A stretch of 63,945 bases of DNA, the filler included, from Candidatus Methanoxibalbensis ujae (lineage in GTDB: Archaea > Halobacteriota > Syntropharchaeia > Alkanophagales > Methanospirareceae), in assembly GCA_026134085.1 (NCBI GenBank). It is 3 parts of 3 records of this genome, joined end to end, with 100 filler letters (N's around TTAATTAATTAA, not from the genome) between each part and the next. Parts side by side here need not be neighbours in the genome. Positions count along the whole stretch, not along the records: positions 1 to 24,550 come from JAOQIN010000026.1; 2 more parts are not named here. One strand, given 5' to 3'. Position 1 is the stretch's first letter; every line of letters begins with the position of its first letter. This document shows positions 10,726 to 20,011 of the stretch, one piece after another. The position numbers and the translations under genes are program-made. The notes under the pieces were generated by a model that was not told the DNA's origin, did not search any database, and worked only from the letters and a program-made list of their open reading frames with translations.

Positions 10726-10824
10726 TTTTCATTACCTCCTCATCGCCTCGCCACTTCAACACATAAAAAAACTCAAAATCCATTCACCACAATCCACTCA
10801 CCACAACACAAATCACAGCGCCTC

Positions 10825-11883
10825 TCAGGCGCTCATGATACGCTCATATACATCTTCATAGTGAACATCAAGCCCGAGTTTATTGAAAAATGATGTGATA
10901 TTTTTTATGTCACGCAGCAGAAAATCCATCGCTCTCGGATGTGCGAGGAGGAGTGCCTGACCAAAATCTATAAAAACAGGCTCCGCATCCCTCAGCATGT
11001 CTTCAGACATCTCAAATCCCGCTTCTCCACGCTCATCCTCCTCATCCCTCCCATCCTCCTCATCCGCACACACCTCACACAATTCCTCCTCATTATATGC
11101 CACATCCTCCACATCCTCATCCTGATCTTCTTCATCCTGATATTCAGGTCCATCCTGCTTCATCTCCACTCTTTCTGTTTTCACATTCTTCCTCCCATTC
11201 TCATCGTTCCCATTCCCATTCACTTTTTTCGTGCTTTTGTGCTCCTCATAACTGCGCTCACCGGCGAATTTAAGCAGGATATTGAACTCACTGAGGTCGG
11301 CATGCACGAGATTTCCCTCATATAACCGCCTCACATTTTGAATGATGCGTTCAAATATGCGTTCAGCCTCCTCTCTGAGCATATCCTCGGGCACATCCTT
11401 GAGCCGGGGTGCTGCAACGCCGTTCTCGCCTATGAACTCCATGACGAGCACATTTTTATCGTAGGCCACGGGTCTGGGCACGCTCACACCAGCGTTATAT
11501 GCTCGCTTCAGATTTTTAAACTCCTTCCGCGCCCATGTGAACACCACACTCCTCCTGTCCTTTTTTATGTTATCAAACCTCGGATCGCCTATGATGTATT
11601 CAAGCATTGCGTTGAAGTTTGAAGTGCTCACTTTATACATTTTCAGCGCGATCTCATCACATCCTGACGCACTGCCACCTATCGCGTGAAACACAATTGA
11701 TTCCTTTCCCGCACTGACAGGCCCTCCAAGACCTTTCAGAACACCTCTTCGCCTGAGCTTATAGAGCACTCTCAGCGTGGTGTCGTCAAACACATACTGC
11801 TCAACCTTCATCAGCTTGTAGTCTTTTTTGCGCTTTTTTCCTTTGGGAGAATGCGGCACTCCCTCATCAAACCACTCTTCCAA
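10825..11883 (-). CDS. rio1: RIO1 serine/threonine kinase with a long acidic insertion
   Basis: SAGKESIVF, WARKEFKNL, VHADLSEFNIL and IDFGQA motifs; GAGGTGA SD before the TTG start. Confidence 0.95.
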   Translation of the reverse strand: MEEWFDEGVPHSPKGKKRKKDYKLMKVEQYVFDDTTLRVLYKLRRRGVLKGLGGPVSAGKESIVFHAIGGSASGCDEIALKMYKVSTSNFNAMLEYIIGDPRFDNIKKDRRSVVFTWARKEFKNLKRAYNAGVSVPRPVAYDKNVLVMEFIGENGVAAPRLKDVPEDMLREEAERIFERIIQNVRRLYEGNLVHADLSEFNILLKFAGERSYEEHKSTKKVNGNGNDENGRKNVKTERVEMKQDGPEYQDEEDQDEDVEDVAYNEEELCEVCADEEDGRDEEDERGEAGFEMSEDMLRDAEPVFIDFGQALLLAHPRAMDFLLRDIKNITSFFNKLGLDVHYEDVYERIMSA

Positions 11884-11933
11884 TCACCTCTCCACCTCCG
11901 GTGTTGAGTCTGACAGAAAGATGAATCCCGACC

Positions 11934-12305
11934 TCATTTCAAAAAGCCCTTTCTTCGCAGCCATTCTTCCTGAGGTCTGGTGTATTTGTGTATGATATCC
12001 GCCTTTTCAGGCTGGAACTCCCACGGAACCAGTATAACGAGGTCGCCGACATTTATCCATTCCTGTCTCTTCAATTTGCCCGGTATGCGTGCCATTCTTG
12101 AGACTCCGTCCTCGCATTGCACGAGTGCTCTCCTTCCACCGAGCATTTTTTCAACGACACCAAGCACTTCTCCGCGGTCACGTCTCGGTATGCGCACGCG
12201 TATGACTTCCTCTTCCCCTCTCCTGTTCTCGTATCTCACATCTCTCACCGCAGCATGTTCCCGCTCCTCTCTCACGACCTGCACCCTGACGGTTAAATAT
12301 TTCAT
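11934..12305 (-). CDS. eif1a: Translation initiation factor aIF-1A
   Basis: [34 protein letters not shown]; true start may lie downstream. Confidence 0.93.
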   Translation of the reverse strand: MKYLTVRVQVVREEREHAAVRDVRYENRRGEEEVIRVRIPRRDRGEVLGVVEKMLGGRRALVQCEDGVSRMARIPGKLKRQEWINVGDLVILVPWEFQPEKADIIHKYTRPQEEWLRRKGFLK

Positions 12306-12346
12306 TCAGGCTATATAAAAGAGGAGACACCCGGAGGTGGAGCACG

Positions 12347-12994
12347 ATGAGTAATGTGATCCTGTCATTTCTGCTGCGCATTTTCAGAAAGAAGCGGGTG
12401 AAAATTGGGATTTACGGGCCGCCTAATGCCGGTAAAACAACACTTGCAAATCGTATTATCTACACATTTGTTGACGGCGGATATGATTTCGGCGCTGTTA
12501 CTGAGATTCCACATGAGACAAGGAGAGCAGTGCGGCGGGAGGACATCGTGATAAAAGCGAGAAGTGGAAAGGGAAAGAAAAAGAAGGAGGTCATGCTGCG
12601 GCTTGACATTGTTGACACACCCGGATTGGCCACAAAAATAGATTTTCACGATTTCATCCGCTACGGATTGAAGGAGGAGGAGGCGAGGCACCGCGCGAAG
12701 GAGGCGACGCAGGGCGTTATAGAGGCGATAAAATGGCTTGACGATGTTGATGGCGTCGTTCTCGTGTTTGACGCGACAGATAACCCCTACACGCAGACAA
12801 ACATAGTCATCGTGGGAAACATGGAGGCGAGGGGCATACCCATTGTCATCGCAGCAAACAAAATAGACCTGCCAAACGCATCTCCTCAGCGCATAAAAAA
12901 CGCATTCCCTCAGCACACGGTCGTGCCGATATCAGCGTTGAATGGCGACAACATGGATGCGCTATATGAGGAAATGGTGCGAAAATTCAGATGA
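12347..12994 (+). CDS. Era-like archaeal GTP-binding protein (OapA family)
   Basis: [23 protein letters not shown]-like (NPYTQ) and NKID motifs. Confidence 0.9.
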   Translation: MSNVILSFLLRIFRKKRVKIGIYGPPNAGKTTLANRIIYTFVDGGYDFGAVTEIPHETRRAVRREDIVIKARSGKGKKKKEVMLRLDIVDTPGLATKIDFHDFIRYGLKEEEARHRAKEATQGVIEAIKWLDDVDGVVLVFDATDNPYTQTNIVIVGNMEARGIPIVIAANKIDLPNASPQRIKNAFPQHTVVPISALNGDNMDALYEEMVRKFR

Positions 12995-13329
12995 TCACGG
13001 TGATAGGAATGATAGAGGTTGATCTGATATCTGAGGAGAAAGTGAAGGAAATGGGCTCCGTTGAGAAACTGAGATTCATACTTGATTTTGTGAGAGCGGG
13101 AAAAATTGTGGTTCTTGAGGGAGGACTGACCGCTGAAGAACAGATGAAACTCATAGAATTCACAATGAGCCAGATAGATGAGAATTTCACAGGAATTGAG
13201 ATAAGCAGTTATCCCTCAAAAAGGGGATTTCTGCGAAAAAAAACAAGACTCACAATAATCGGTCCGGCGGATATGATGAAAACAATAAAAAAGGATAAGG
13301 ATTGGATAAGCGCAGTTATTCGTATCTGA
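12991..13329 (+). CDS. DUF2073 protein (OapB family)
   Basis: [25 protein letters not shown] and LTIIGPA motifs; 4-nt overlap with the GTPase gene. Confidence 0.85.
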   Translation: MITVIGMIEVDLISEEKVKEMGSVEKLRFILDFVRAGKIVVLEGGLTAEEQMKLIEFTMSQIDENFTGIEISSYPSKRGFLRKKTRLTIIGPADMMKTIKKDKDWISAVIRI

Positions 13330-13438
13330 CGATCAATTGCTCTCAGCGTGCACGCTGCTGCACCGGAAACTGCATGGAGTTTATGTTTTTTTTTTTTGCT
13401 TGATTCAGGAGCTGGATTCTTTGCGTGACTGGAGAGGA

Positions 13439-13509
13439 GGCCGGAGCCGGGACTCGAACCCGGGTCTTGGGATCCACAGTCCCAAGGGATGCCACTACCA
13501 CACCCCGGC
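13439..13509 (-). tRNA. tRNA-His (GUG)
   Basis: Acceptor GCCGGGG/CTCCGGC, anticodon stem TGGGA/TCCCA with loop CTGTGGA, T arm CCGGG-TTCGAGT-CCCGG, discriminator C; CCA not encoded. Confidence 0.95.
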
Positions 13510-13518
13510 ACCTCTCAG

Positions 13519-13602
13519 CGCCAGGGGCAGGATTTGAACCTGCGCGTCCCCGAGGGGACAGTGGCTCTCGAGGCCACCGCATTACCACTCTGCCACCCTG
13601 GC
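13519..13602 (-). tRNA. tRNA-Ser (CGA)
   Basis: Acceptor GCCAGGG/CCCTGGC, anticodon stem GTGGC/GCCAC with loop CTCGAGA, long variable arm GTCCCCTCGGGGAC, discriminator G; 9 nt upstream of tRNA-His. Confidence 0.95.
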
Positions 13603-13695
13603 TCCTCGCTCTTTGCTCTTTTTTTCTTTTTTTCTTTTTTTTCTTTTTTTTACACTTTATTTCATCCTGCTACTTTTTTCTTCCTCCTATAAAAC

Positions 13696-14283
13696 TCACA
13701 GCAGTATGTGCAATATGCCGAGCGAAACAAGCGTTATCAATACCAATCGCAGAAGCGAGCCCGTAAAAACGGCGATGAATGTGACGAACGACGGGAAACC
13801 CATCATCCTGCCGATGACAGAGCCCACTCCTGAACCCGTCCACGGGCATGGTATCATCACGAATGAGACCAGCCCTATAAATCCAAAACGCTTCACCCAC
13901 TTGTATTTTTCCATAGCACGCCTCCCGCTGCTCTCCATGCGCTCGAAAACAGCGCCGATATATGGCAGTATTTTCGCCATGTCAAAGTTCAACACAACAA
14001 AAATTGAAAGCTCACAATCCAAAAACAGCAAAAAGCACACGAGCGCAACTGGATGAATCTTGAGAATCTCCAATCCTATCGGAATCGCAATGCTGACGCC
14101 TATCATTGGCGTGTAATACAGTAGGGCCATCTGAGCATACTTCAACTGCGTGCTCGCATCAGCGAAAAAAATGAAAAAAAGTAATACTATCGAACCGAGA
14201 ACAAAAGGAAAGAGGAATCTGAAGACCGATTTTCTCTCAACATGCTCCGTTACAACCACCCGCACAGTCATACACCTCATCAA
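13696..14283 (-). CDS. Small multidrug export family membrane protein (COG2426-like)
   Basis: Several TM helices; IPIG and FIGLVSFVMIPCPWTGSGVG motifs. Confidence 0.8.
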   Translation of the reverse strand: MMRCMTVRVVVTEHVERKSVFRFLFPFVLGSIVLLFFIFFADASTQLKYAQMALLYYTPMIGVSIAIPIGLEILKIHPVALVCFLLFLDCELSIFVVLNFDMAKILPYIGAVFERMESSGRRAMEKYKWVKRFGFIGLVSFVMIPCPWTGSGVGSVIGRMMGFPSFVTFIAVFTGSLLRLVLITLVSLGILHILL

Positions 14284-14322
14284 CTATGACAGCAGATATT
14301 GCTCCTGTCATGGCACTTCGGC

Positions 14323-14970
14323 TCACTCCACCAACCTCAGCTCACTCTTCAATTTTGATAACATAATGCGTAATATAGGTGTTTTATTCCCGAATATGCG
14401 CACTTTCCCTCTTAAAAGTGATTTTTTAATGTCTCCATCAATACAAACTCCGGCATTTCCTATTTCATCTGCAAAATGCGCATCACTTCCTGCTGTCATG
14501 CCGAGATCGTGTTCGACAGCGAATTTCATAGCATGCTCATTGAATTTCTGCAGTCTGCACCTCGCGTTCATCACTTCAACGCAGTCAACGAACCTCGCAT
14601 GCTCATCTCTGGGGTGAAGTGAGCTCCTCCTTATCTCATCAAAGGGATGGGGCAAAACCACAATGCCTCCCTGTGATTTTATCTCCTCTATCACGCACTC
14701 AAAATCTGTTGATGTGATTTCTTCCTCAATGAAAAGCCCTATGACCTCTCCTATATCTGTCAATATCTCAGCACCAACGATCACATCAACAGCATCACGC
14801 ATGTATCTTCGCTCCCTTCTCGCCTTTAAAGCGCCTTTTATTGTGCCATGATCTGTTATTGCTACTCCATCAAGCCCCTTTTTCCGCGCTATTTTAAGTA
14901 TTTTGCCCGGTTCAAGTGACCCATCATGGGAATATTTTGAGTGTATGTGCATGTCATAGCGCATTTCCAA
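14323..14970 (-). CDS. PHP-domain phosphoesterase
   Basis: DMHIHSKYS, AITDH, PHPF and GSDAH motifs. Confidence 0.92.
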   Translation of the reverse strand: MEMRYDMHIHSKYSHDGSLEPGKILKIARKKGLDGVAITDHGTIKGALKARRERRYMRDAVDVIVGAEILTDIGEVIGLFIEEEITSTDFECVIEEIKSQGGIVVLPHPFDEIRRSSLHPRDEHARFVDCVEVMNARCRLQKFNEHAMKFAVEHDLGMTAGSDAHFADEIGNAGVCIDGDIKKSLLRGKVRIFGNKTPILRIMLSKLKSELRLVE

Positions 14971-14986
14971 TCACATCCTCCCGCCT

Positions 14987-15709
14987 TTACTGTATGAATC
15001 CGAGAGCCTCCTCAATCCTTCCGAGCTCATAGCCCGTTGTGTCTGCGCCCGCTGCATATCCTTTTGAGTTTGCGATGAGCGCCGCTCCGATCAGAGGGAT
15101 GCCGAAGTTCACTGTTCCGATTGAGACGGGGAGATTGAACACCTCTTCAAGGAAAGAGAGCTCCTCCTCCGAAGCGTCTCTGTGCGCCAGGACCCCCCTG
15201 TTCGTCGCGACAGCTGCCATTCCAACAGTTTTCAGCCCGCCTATTGTGCCCCTGAAAGCTCTGACGCCGAGAACTCGCTCAACAGCAGATATCGCTTTCT
15301 CGGAGAGCTGAGGGTGCACGACCGCTGCACTGTCGTTTGCGAGTATTACATTTCCAGCAGCACTCATCCTGTCAGGAAGTCTCTCAACTTTTATATCAGC
15401 GCTCAGATGCTCCTTCACCGCCGTACGCAGAAATTCAATTTCGCTTTCAAGCGCATACGGTGATAGAAGGAATCCGTGCGAATTTGCAGCCATCAGAGAG
15501 CCGACAAGCGAGGATTCAGACACGGTCATCTGAATGCTCTCAACATTTAACGCACGCTCAAGCGATTTTACTTTCTGTGCAGGCACATCCACAGGGAGTA
15601 TGAGGAGCGATTCCGTGCATGTCGCAAGGACGCCTATGAAAGTATGCCCGCGCAACCTGAATCTCCTTCTTGTCTCTTCATCATTTCCCGTCTCCTCTCC
15701 CACTTTCAT
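14987..15709 (-). CDS. eif6: Translation initiation factor 6 (aIF-6)
   Basis: GNVILAND, GTVNFG, ANSKG and TTGYELGRIEEAL motifs. Confidence 0.95.
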   Translation of the reverse strand: MKVGEETGNDEETRRRFRLRGHTFIGVLATCTESLLILPVDVPAQKVKSLERALNVESIQMTVSESSLVGSLMAANSHGFLLSPYALESEIEFLRTAVKEHLSADIKVERLPDRMSAAGNVILANDSAAVVHPQLSEKAISAVERVLGVRAFRGTIGGLKTVGMAAVATNRGVLAHRDASEEELSFLEEVFNLPVSIGTVNFGIPLIGAALIANSKGYAAGADTTGYELGRIEEALGFIQ

Positions 15710-16180
15710 TTCTTCTCAGCCTCGCAAGAGACACCTTCTATAATATTGTCACATTACATATGAGGCAAACGGTGAGGGGAGATGATTCAGCTCTCAGACT
15801 CCATCCACACAGAGGAGGAGCACTTCGCTCAATCAACCAAATCCCTCGCTCAATCAACCAAATCCCGCTTGAAACTCAGTTGTGTCAGGAAATCAAACCA
15901 TACCGCAGGCAAATACATCTAATACATCTGCCACCCGGCTTCTCCATCACTGCTGTGGAGCGCCTCTGTGCCGCTGTGATGACGGACAGAACCCCGCTCG
16001 CCAACTCATTCCGGGATGGAGAGATGGAGAGATGAAGAGAAGAAATAAAGAGATAAAAATATAGAGAGATGTGAAGATTTTTGCAAAAGCACCACTTTCG
16101 GTTTTCAGCGGCTTCTTCCCGGAACGCCGCATTCAGCGGGGCGACATTTTTATAAATTTCATTATGAAAGGAACAGATAA

Positions 16181-17137
16181 ATGAGCAGCGAAAAATTCAA
16201 AGAAGAACAAAAAGCAGCGGATTTGAAGCGCAGGATAACGGAACTGCTGAGAGAAGTGAGGGCGTTAGAAGAGGAAATAGGTGCTGAGCTCAGGAATCTG
16301 AGGAGGGTAAGGCGGAATTTGAAGGATTTAATAGCGCAATTAAGAGCAAAAAAGAAGGAATTGAGGAGCGTATTCATGGAGAAAGATTTTAAGAAGATAG
16401 ATGAGTGGATCTCAATGATTGAAAGTGAGATGGGAGCACATGAGAAAGAGGTAGATGTTGCGTTGAAGAGGGATATTATCAGGGCTGCGGAAGAGGCTGA
16501 GAAGCGTGCTGAGGATGCTGAGAAAAAGGCAGAAGAGGCTGAGAAGCGTGCTGAGGATGCTGAGAAAAAGGCAGAAGAGGCTGAGAAGCGTGTGAGGGCT
16601 GCTGAGGAGATTGCGTTTGAAGCGATGAGAAATAAGGAAGAAGCGGAGAAGCGTGCTGAGGAATGTGTGCGGCAGCTTAAATATCTGAGGGCTGATTTTG
16701 AGAACTTCAAAAAGCGTGTTGAGCGCGACAAGAAGGAGTTTGCGGATTATGTTATCAGTAATTTCGCAACATCGCTTATAACTGTCGTGGATGACCTTGA
16801 GAGGGCGATTGAACATGCGCATCTCATTGCCGCAGGCGCATCGCAGACATCGCAGCAAAGTGCTGAGAGCGCGGTTGAACCTCTGCTGAAGGGTGTTGAG
16901 ATGACGCTCAACCGCATAAAGGAGCTTATGCGCAGCGAGGGAATAGAGGAGATGAATGTGAAGAAGGGCGATAAATTTGACCCGTTCAGGCATGAAGTCG
17001 TGGCGAGGGAGGAGAGTGATGAGCCCGAGGGGACAATTCTTGAGGTGCTGAGGAAGGGATATGTGTATAGGGGGAAAATACTGAGACCTGCGGCTGTGAA
17101 GACGGCAGCGAAAAAGAGTGATGCCGGCGATGTTTAA
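16181..17137 (+). CDS. grpE: Nucleotide exchange factor GrpE with an extended N-terminal coiled coil
   Basis: [24 protein letters not shown] and [15 protein letters not shown] motifs; tandem [14 protein letters not shown] repeats. Confidence 0.93.
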   Translation: MSSEKFKEEQKAADLKRRITELLREVRALEEEIGAELRNLRRVRRNLKDLIAQLRAKKKELRSVFMEKDFKKIDEWISMIESEMGAHEKEVDVALKRDIIRAAEEAEKRAEDAEKKAEEAEKRAEDAEKKAEEAEKRVRAAEEIAFEAMRNKEEAEKRAEECVRQLKYLRADFENFKKRVERDKKEFADYVISNFATSLITVVDDLERAIEHAHLIAAGASQTSQQSAESAVEPLLKGVEMTLNRIKELMRSEGIEEMNVKKGDKFDPFRHEVVAREESDEPEGTILEVLRKGYVYRGKILRPAAVKTAAKKSDAGDV

Positions 17138-18500
17138 GAGGCGCGTTCTTCAGGTTGCACTTGACATCCTCGACCTCAAAAGGGCGCTGGAGATATGTCG
17201 TGAGTGCATTGAAGGTGGTGCTGACTGGATAGAAGCTGGGACGCCGCTGATAAAGAGTGAGGGCATGGATGCCGTTCGCACGCTCAGGGAGGAGTTTGGC
17301 AGAAGGAGTGGTGTGAAGATTGTTGCTGACATGAAAACAATTGACACAGGTGCGATGGAGGTTGAGATGGCGGCGAAGTCAGGTGCTGATGTGGTGTCTG
17401 TCCTCGCTGTCGCAGGTGAAACAACGATAAGAGAAGCATTGGCAGCCGCCCGGAAATACGGATGCGAGCTGATGGTCGACATAATGAATGTGAGCGATCC
17501 CGTGAGTGTTGCGAGGACGCTTGACGCCATGTGTGTGGACTACATCTGCGTTCATGTCGGCATAGACCAGCAGATGAGGGGAGTTGATGTTATTGATGTG
17601 CTGCGCGATGTCGCGAGTGAGGTGGAGGTTCCCCTTGCGGTTGCTGGAGGAATTGATGCGGAGAGGGCGGCAGAGGCGGTCAGGGCCGGCGCGGAGATAA
17701 TTATAGTGGGCGGAAATGTGACGAGAACTGCAGATGTACGCACCGCAACCGCTGATATAAGGAGAAGCATTGATGAAGCGGCAGCAGCAACATCAGCGAC
17801 ATCAGCAACATCAGCGACATCAGCGACATCGGCACACCCATCAGGACGAGCACAAGGAGTGCATCTCGTGAAAAGGCGAGCTGAGGATGTGGAGAGAGAG
17901 ATCCGTGATATATTCATGCGCGTCTCAACACCCAATATATCGGATGCGATGCACCGCAAGGGCGTCATGCAATCAATAAAACCGCTTTTTCCCTGCAAAA
18001 TTGTGGGAAAAGCAGTCACCGTTCAGACATTTGAGGGCGACTGGGCGAAGCCTGTGGAGGCAATAGATGTTGCTGAGGAGGGTGATGTCATAGTCATCCG
18101 CGCATCTTCCAGCATTGCAGTTTGGGGGGAACTCGCATCAATGAGCTGCATGAAGAAGGGAATTGCAGGCGTCGTCATAGATGGTGCGGTGAGAGATGTG
18201 GATGAAATAAAAGCGATGGAATTTCCTGTTTTCGCTTCCGCAGTCGTGCCGAATGCTGGCGAGCCCAAGGGGTTTGGGGATATAAACGCGGAGATAGTGT
18301 GTGGAGGTCAGGATGTGAAGCCGGGCGACTGGATAGTGGGCGACGAGAATGGTGTTGTCGTCGTTCCAAGAGAGAGGGCATACGAGATCGCGAGACGCGC
18401 TCTGGAGGTGCTTAAGGCAGAACAGAGAATAAGAGAGGAAATAAAACACGGTAAAACGCTCTCTGAGGTCCTTTCACTTCAGAAATGGGAGAAAAAATGA
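17130..18500 (+). CDS. hxlA: 3-hexulose-6-phosphate synthase fused to an RraA/DMK-methyltransferase-like domain
   Basis: [23 protein letters not shown] and HVGIDQQ; C-terminal [29 protein letters not shown] linker repeat. Confidence 0.93.
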   Translation: MFKRRVLQVALDILDLKRALEICRECIEGGADWIEAGTPLIKSEGMDAVRTLREEFGRRSGVKIVADMKTIDTGAMEVEMAAKSGADVVSVLAVAGETTIREALAAARKYGCELMVDIMNVSDPVSVARTLDAMCVDYICVHVGIDQQMRGVDVIDVLRDVASEVEVPLAVAGGIDAERAAEAVRAGAEIIIVGGNVTRTADVRTATADIRRSIDEAAAATSATSATSATSATSAHPSGRAQGVHLVKRRAEDVEREIRDIFMRVSTPNISDAMHRKGVMQSIKPLFPCKIVGKAVTVQTFEGDWAKPVEAIDVAEEGDVIVIRASSSIAVWGELASMSCMKKGIAGVVIDGAVRDVDEIKAMEFPVFASAVVPNAGEPKGFGDINAEIVCGGQDVKPGDWIVGDENGVVVVPRERAYEIARRALEVLKAEQRIREEIKHGKTLSEVLSLQKWEKK

Positions 18501-18699
18501 TAAGATAAACAGCCAAGCACAGCTCTAACTGATCAATTCTGCGTAAGGATCGCTCACACGAGCACGCCGAGCGGGGGAAGCATGGGAAAGCACAATCATT
18601 TGGTTAAAATTGAAGATTTTTAAAACAGTTGTTAGGAGAGGATTGGATTATACTTTATACTTTTTATGTATGATATTTGTATGATATTATAACCAAAAT

Positions 18700-19350
18700 T
18701 ATAATTACAACCATAGTTCCCATCACCATGAGGATTATCTTAACAGCCAGGCATCTCCCTCTCACTGCCCTTATAAACTTCAATCCTAGCGATTTTCTTT
18801 CTCAGTCTGGAGAGAAATCCGTGGTATTCTGCTTCCTCATCGCTGTTATGTTTTCCCTCTTCACGGCGACAAATCTGACCCCTCTCTTCTCAATTTCCCC
18901 GGCGAAATCCATCCCTTATCTGCCGGCTTCTTCCAGTAGAGAAATCCTCATTTTCCTTCAGCGCGGCTAAATCGTGCTTTCTAGCAGTATCAACATAAAG
19001 GTACCATCCGTGATGTCGCTTTGTACCAGCAGTAGAATCTTAGATTATACCAAATTGATTCCTCTTCTCTTATTACTTCTCTCCTTTTGGGTCTCCTTTC
19101 ACAATCTCTTCTGTCTCAACAGGTTTTGCGTCAACTACCTCCTGAGACTCTATCAAATACGAAGTTTAGTCTTCATACATGATTAACCTCTCAATCAGCT
19201 TGAATTTTTGGGAAAAGTTTGAGATCTTCAATAAAATGAACATGAGGATAACTCCGCTGAAGTGTAGATGTGCGAGAAACTGTTATCAGATTGTGGAGAG
19301 GCATTACCTCCCCGTTCGCCTTTGACGGATAGAATCCACTTTTATGTGTT
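18700..19350 (-). mobile_element. Degenerate IS982-family transposase pseudogene
   Basis: Collinear frameshifted fragments: LAHLHFSGV, IEDLKLFPKI, KLIERL, VVDAKPVET, FYCWYK, TDGTF, VDTARKHD, ADKG, EEAEYHGFLSRLRKKI, FIRAVRGRCLAVKII. Confidence 0.75.
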
Positions 19351-19426
19351 CTCTTCTCCTATCGTGCATTATTTTTAGTGGAAACTCACAAAATAAAAAA
19401 TAAGGAAAAAAATGGAGAAGAGAATT

Positions 19427-20011
19427 TTACAATCTCTTTCTGATGCCAGAAATGGCAACAGCTGTGAGGAGCAGCAACATCACCACAATTCCAATTGGCG
19501 ATATTGTCGGAACAGCGGCAGGCGCTCTTATGGATGTGTGGTTGTTTCTTATTGCGACGATATCCGGTAATGGAGGATATCCCGTGATATATGTCATGTT
19601 TCCAACGAACCTGTATCCGCCAGGCGCTGCATCTTCTGGAACACATACCGTATAGATGACAGAGAAGTCCGTTCCCGCGGGATAGGTCACATTCCATATA
19701 TATGTGACAATCTCATCAGCTGAACTGAAATTTGCAGGAGGCTCTGAGGAGACGATGGATGTGATGTCCCAGCCGCTCGGCGGTTTGTCATACAGGAATA
19801 TCATAGAGGAATCCTGAGGCAGTGTGAAATTTATGGTGACATTGAAGCACTCGCCGGGTTCCACTTCTGATGGCATGTCTCTCTCAGGTCCTCCGACTCC
19901 GACGGTGGAGCTGCTACCTATGCCACATATTATCAGACATGACACCACAACCGCTGCCGTCAGCGCTATCTTCTTCCTCTTTATCTCTTTCATCTCTTTC
20001 ATCTCTTTCAT
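19427..20011 (-). CDS. Secreted single beta-domain protein with VPXXXP-CTERM sorting signal
   Basis: Signal peptide; C-terminal VPTISP, TM helix and RKR. Confidence 0.8.
   Translation of the reverse strand: MKEMKEMKEIKRKKIALTAAVVVSCLIICGIGSSSTVGVGGPERDMPSEVEPGECFNVTINFTLPQDSSMIFLYDKPPSGWDITSIVSSEPPANFSSADEIVTYIWNVTYPAGTDFSVIYTVCVPEDAAPGGYRFVGNMTYITGYPPLPDIVAIRNNHTSIRAPAAVPTISPIGIVVMLLLLTAVAISGIRKRL

Noticed and set aside
10985..11270. Intein in RIO1 (likewise the PurF insertion)
   Set aside because: No C/S start, HN/HQ end or endonuclease motifs; low-complexity sequence
15720..16160. Possible RNase P or C/D RNA (GACAGAACCCCGCTC, GTGATGA)
   Set aside because: No GAGGAAAGTCC-type 5' P4 partner and no matching D box; only tandem duplications are supported
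18522..18640. attC-like ends GCTCTAAC...GTTAGGAG
   Set aside because: Imperfect end pairing, no clear L boxes or internal stem, single copy and no integrase in the window
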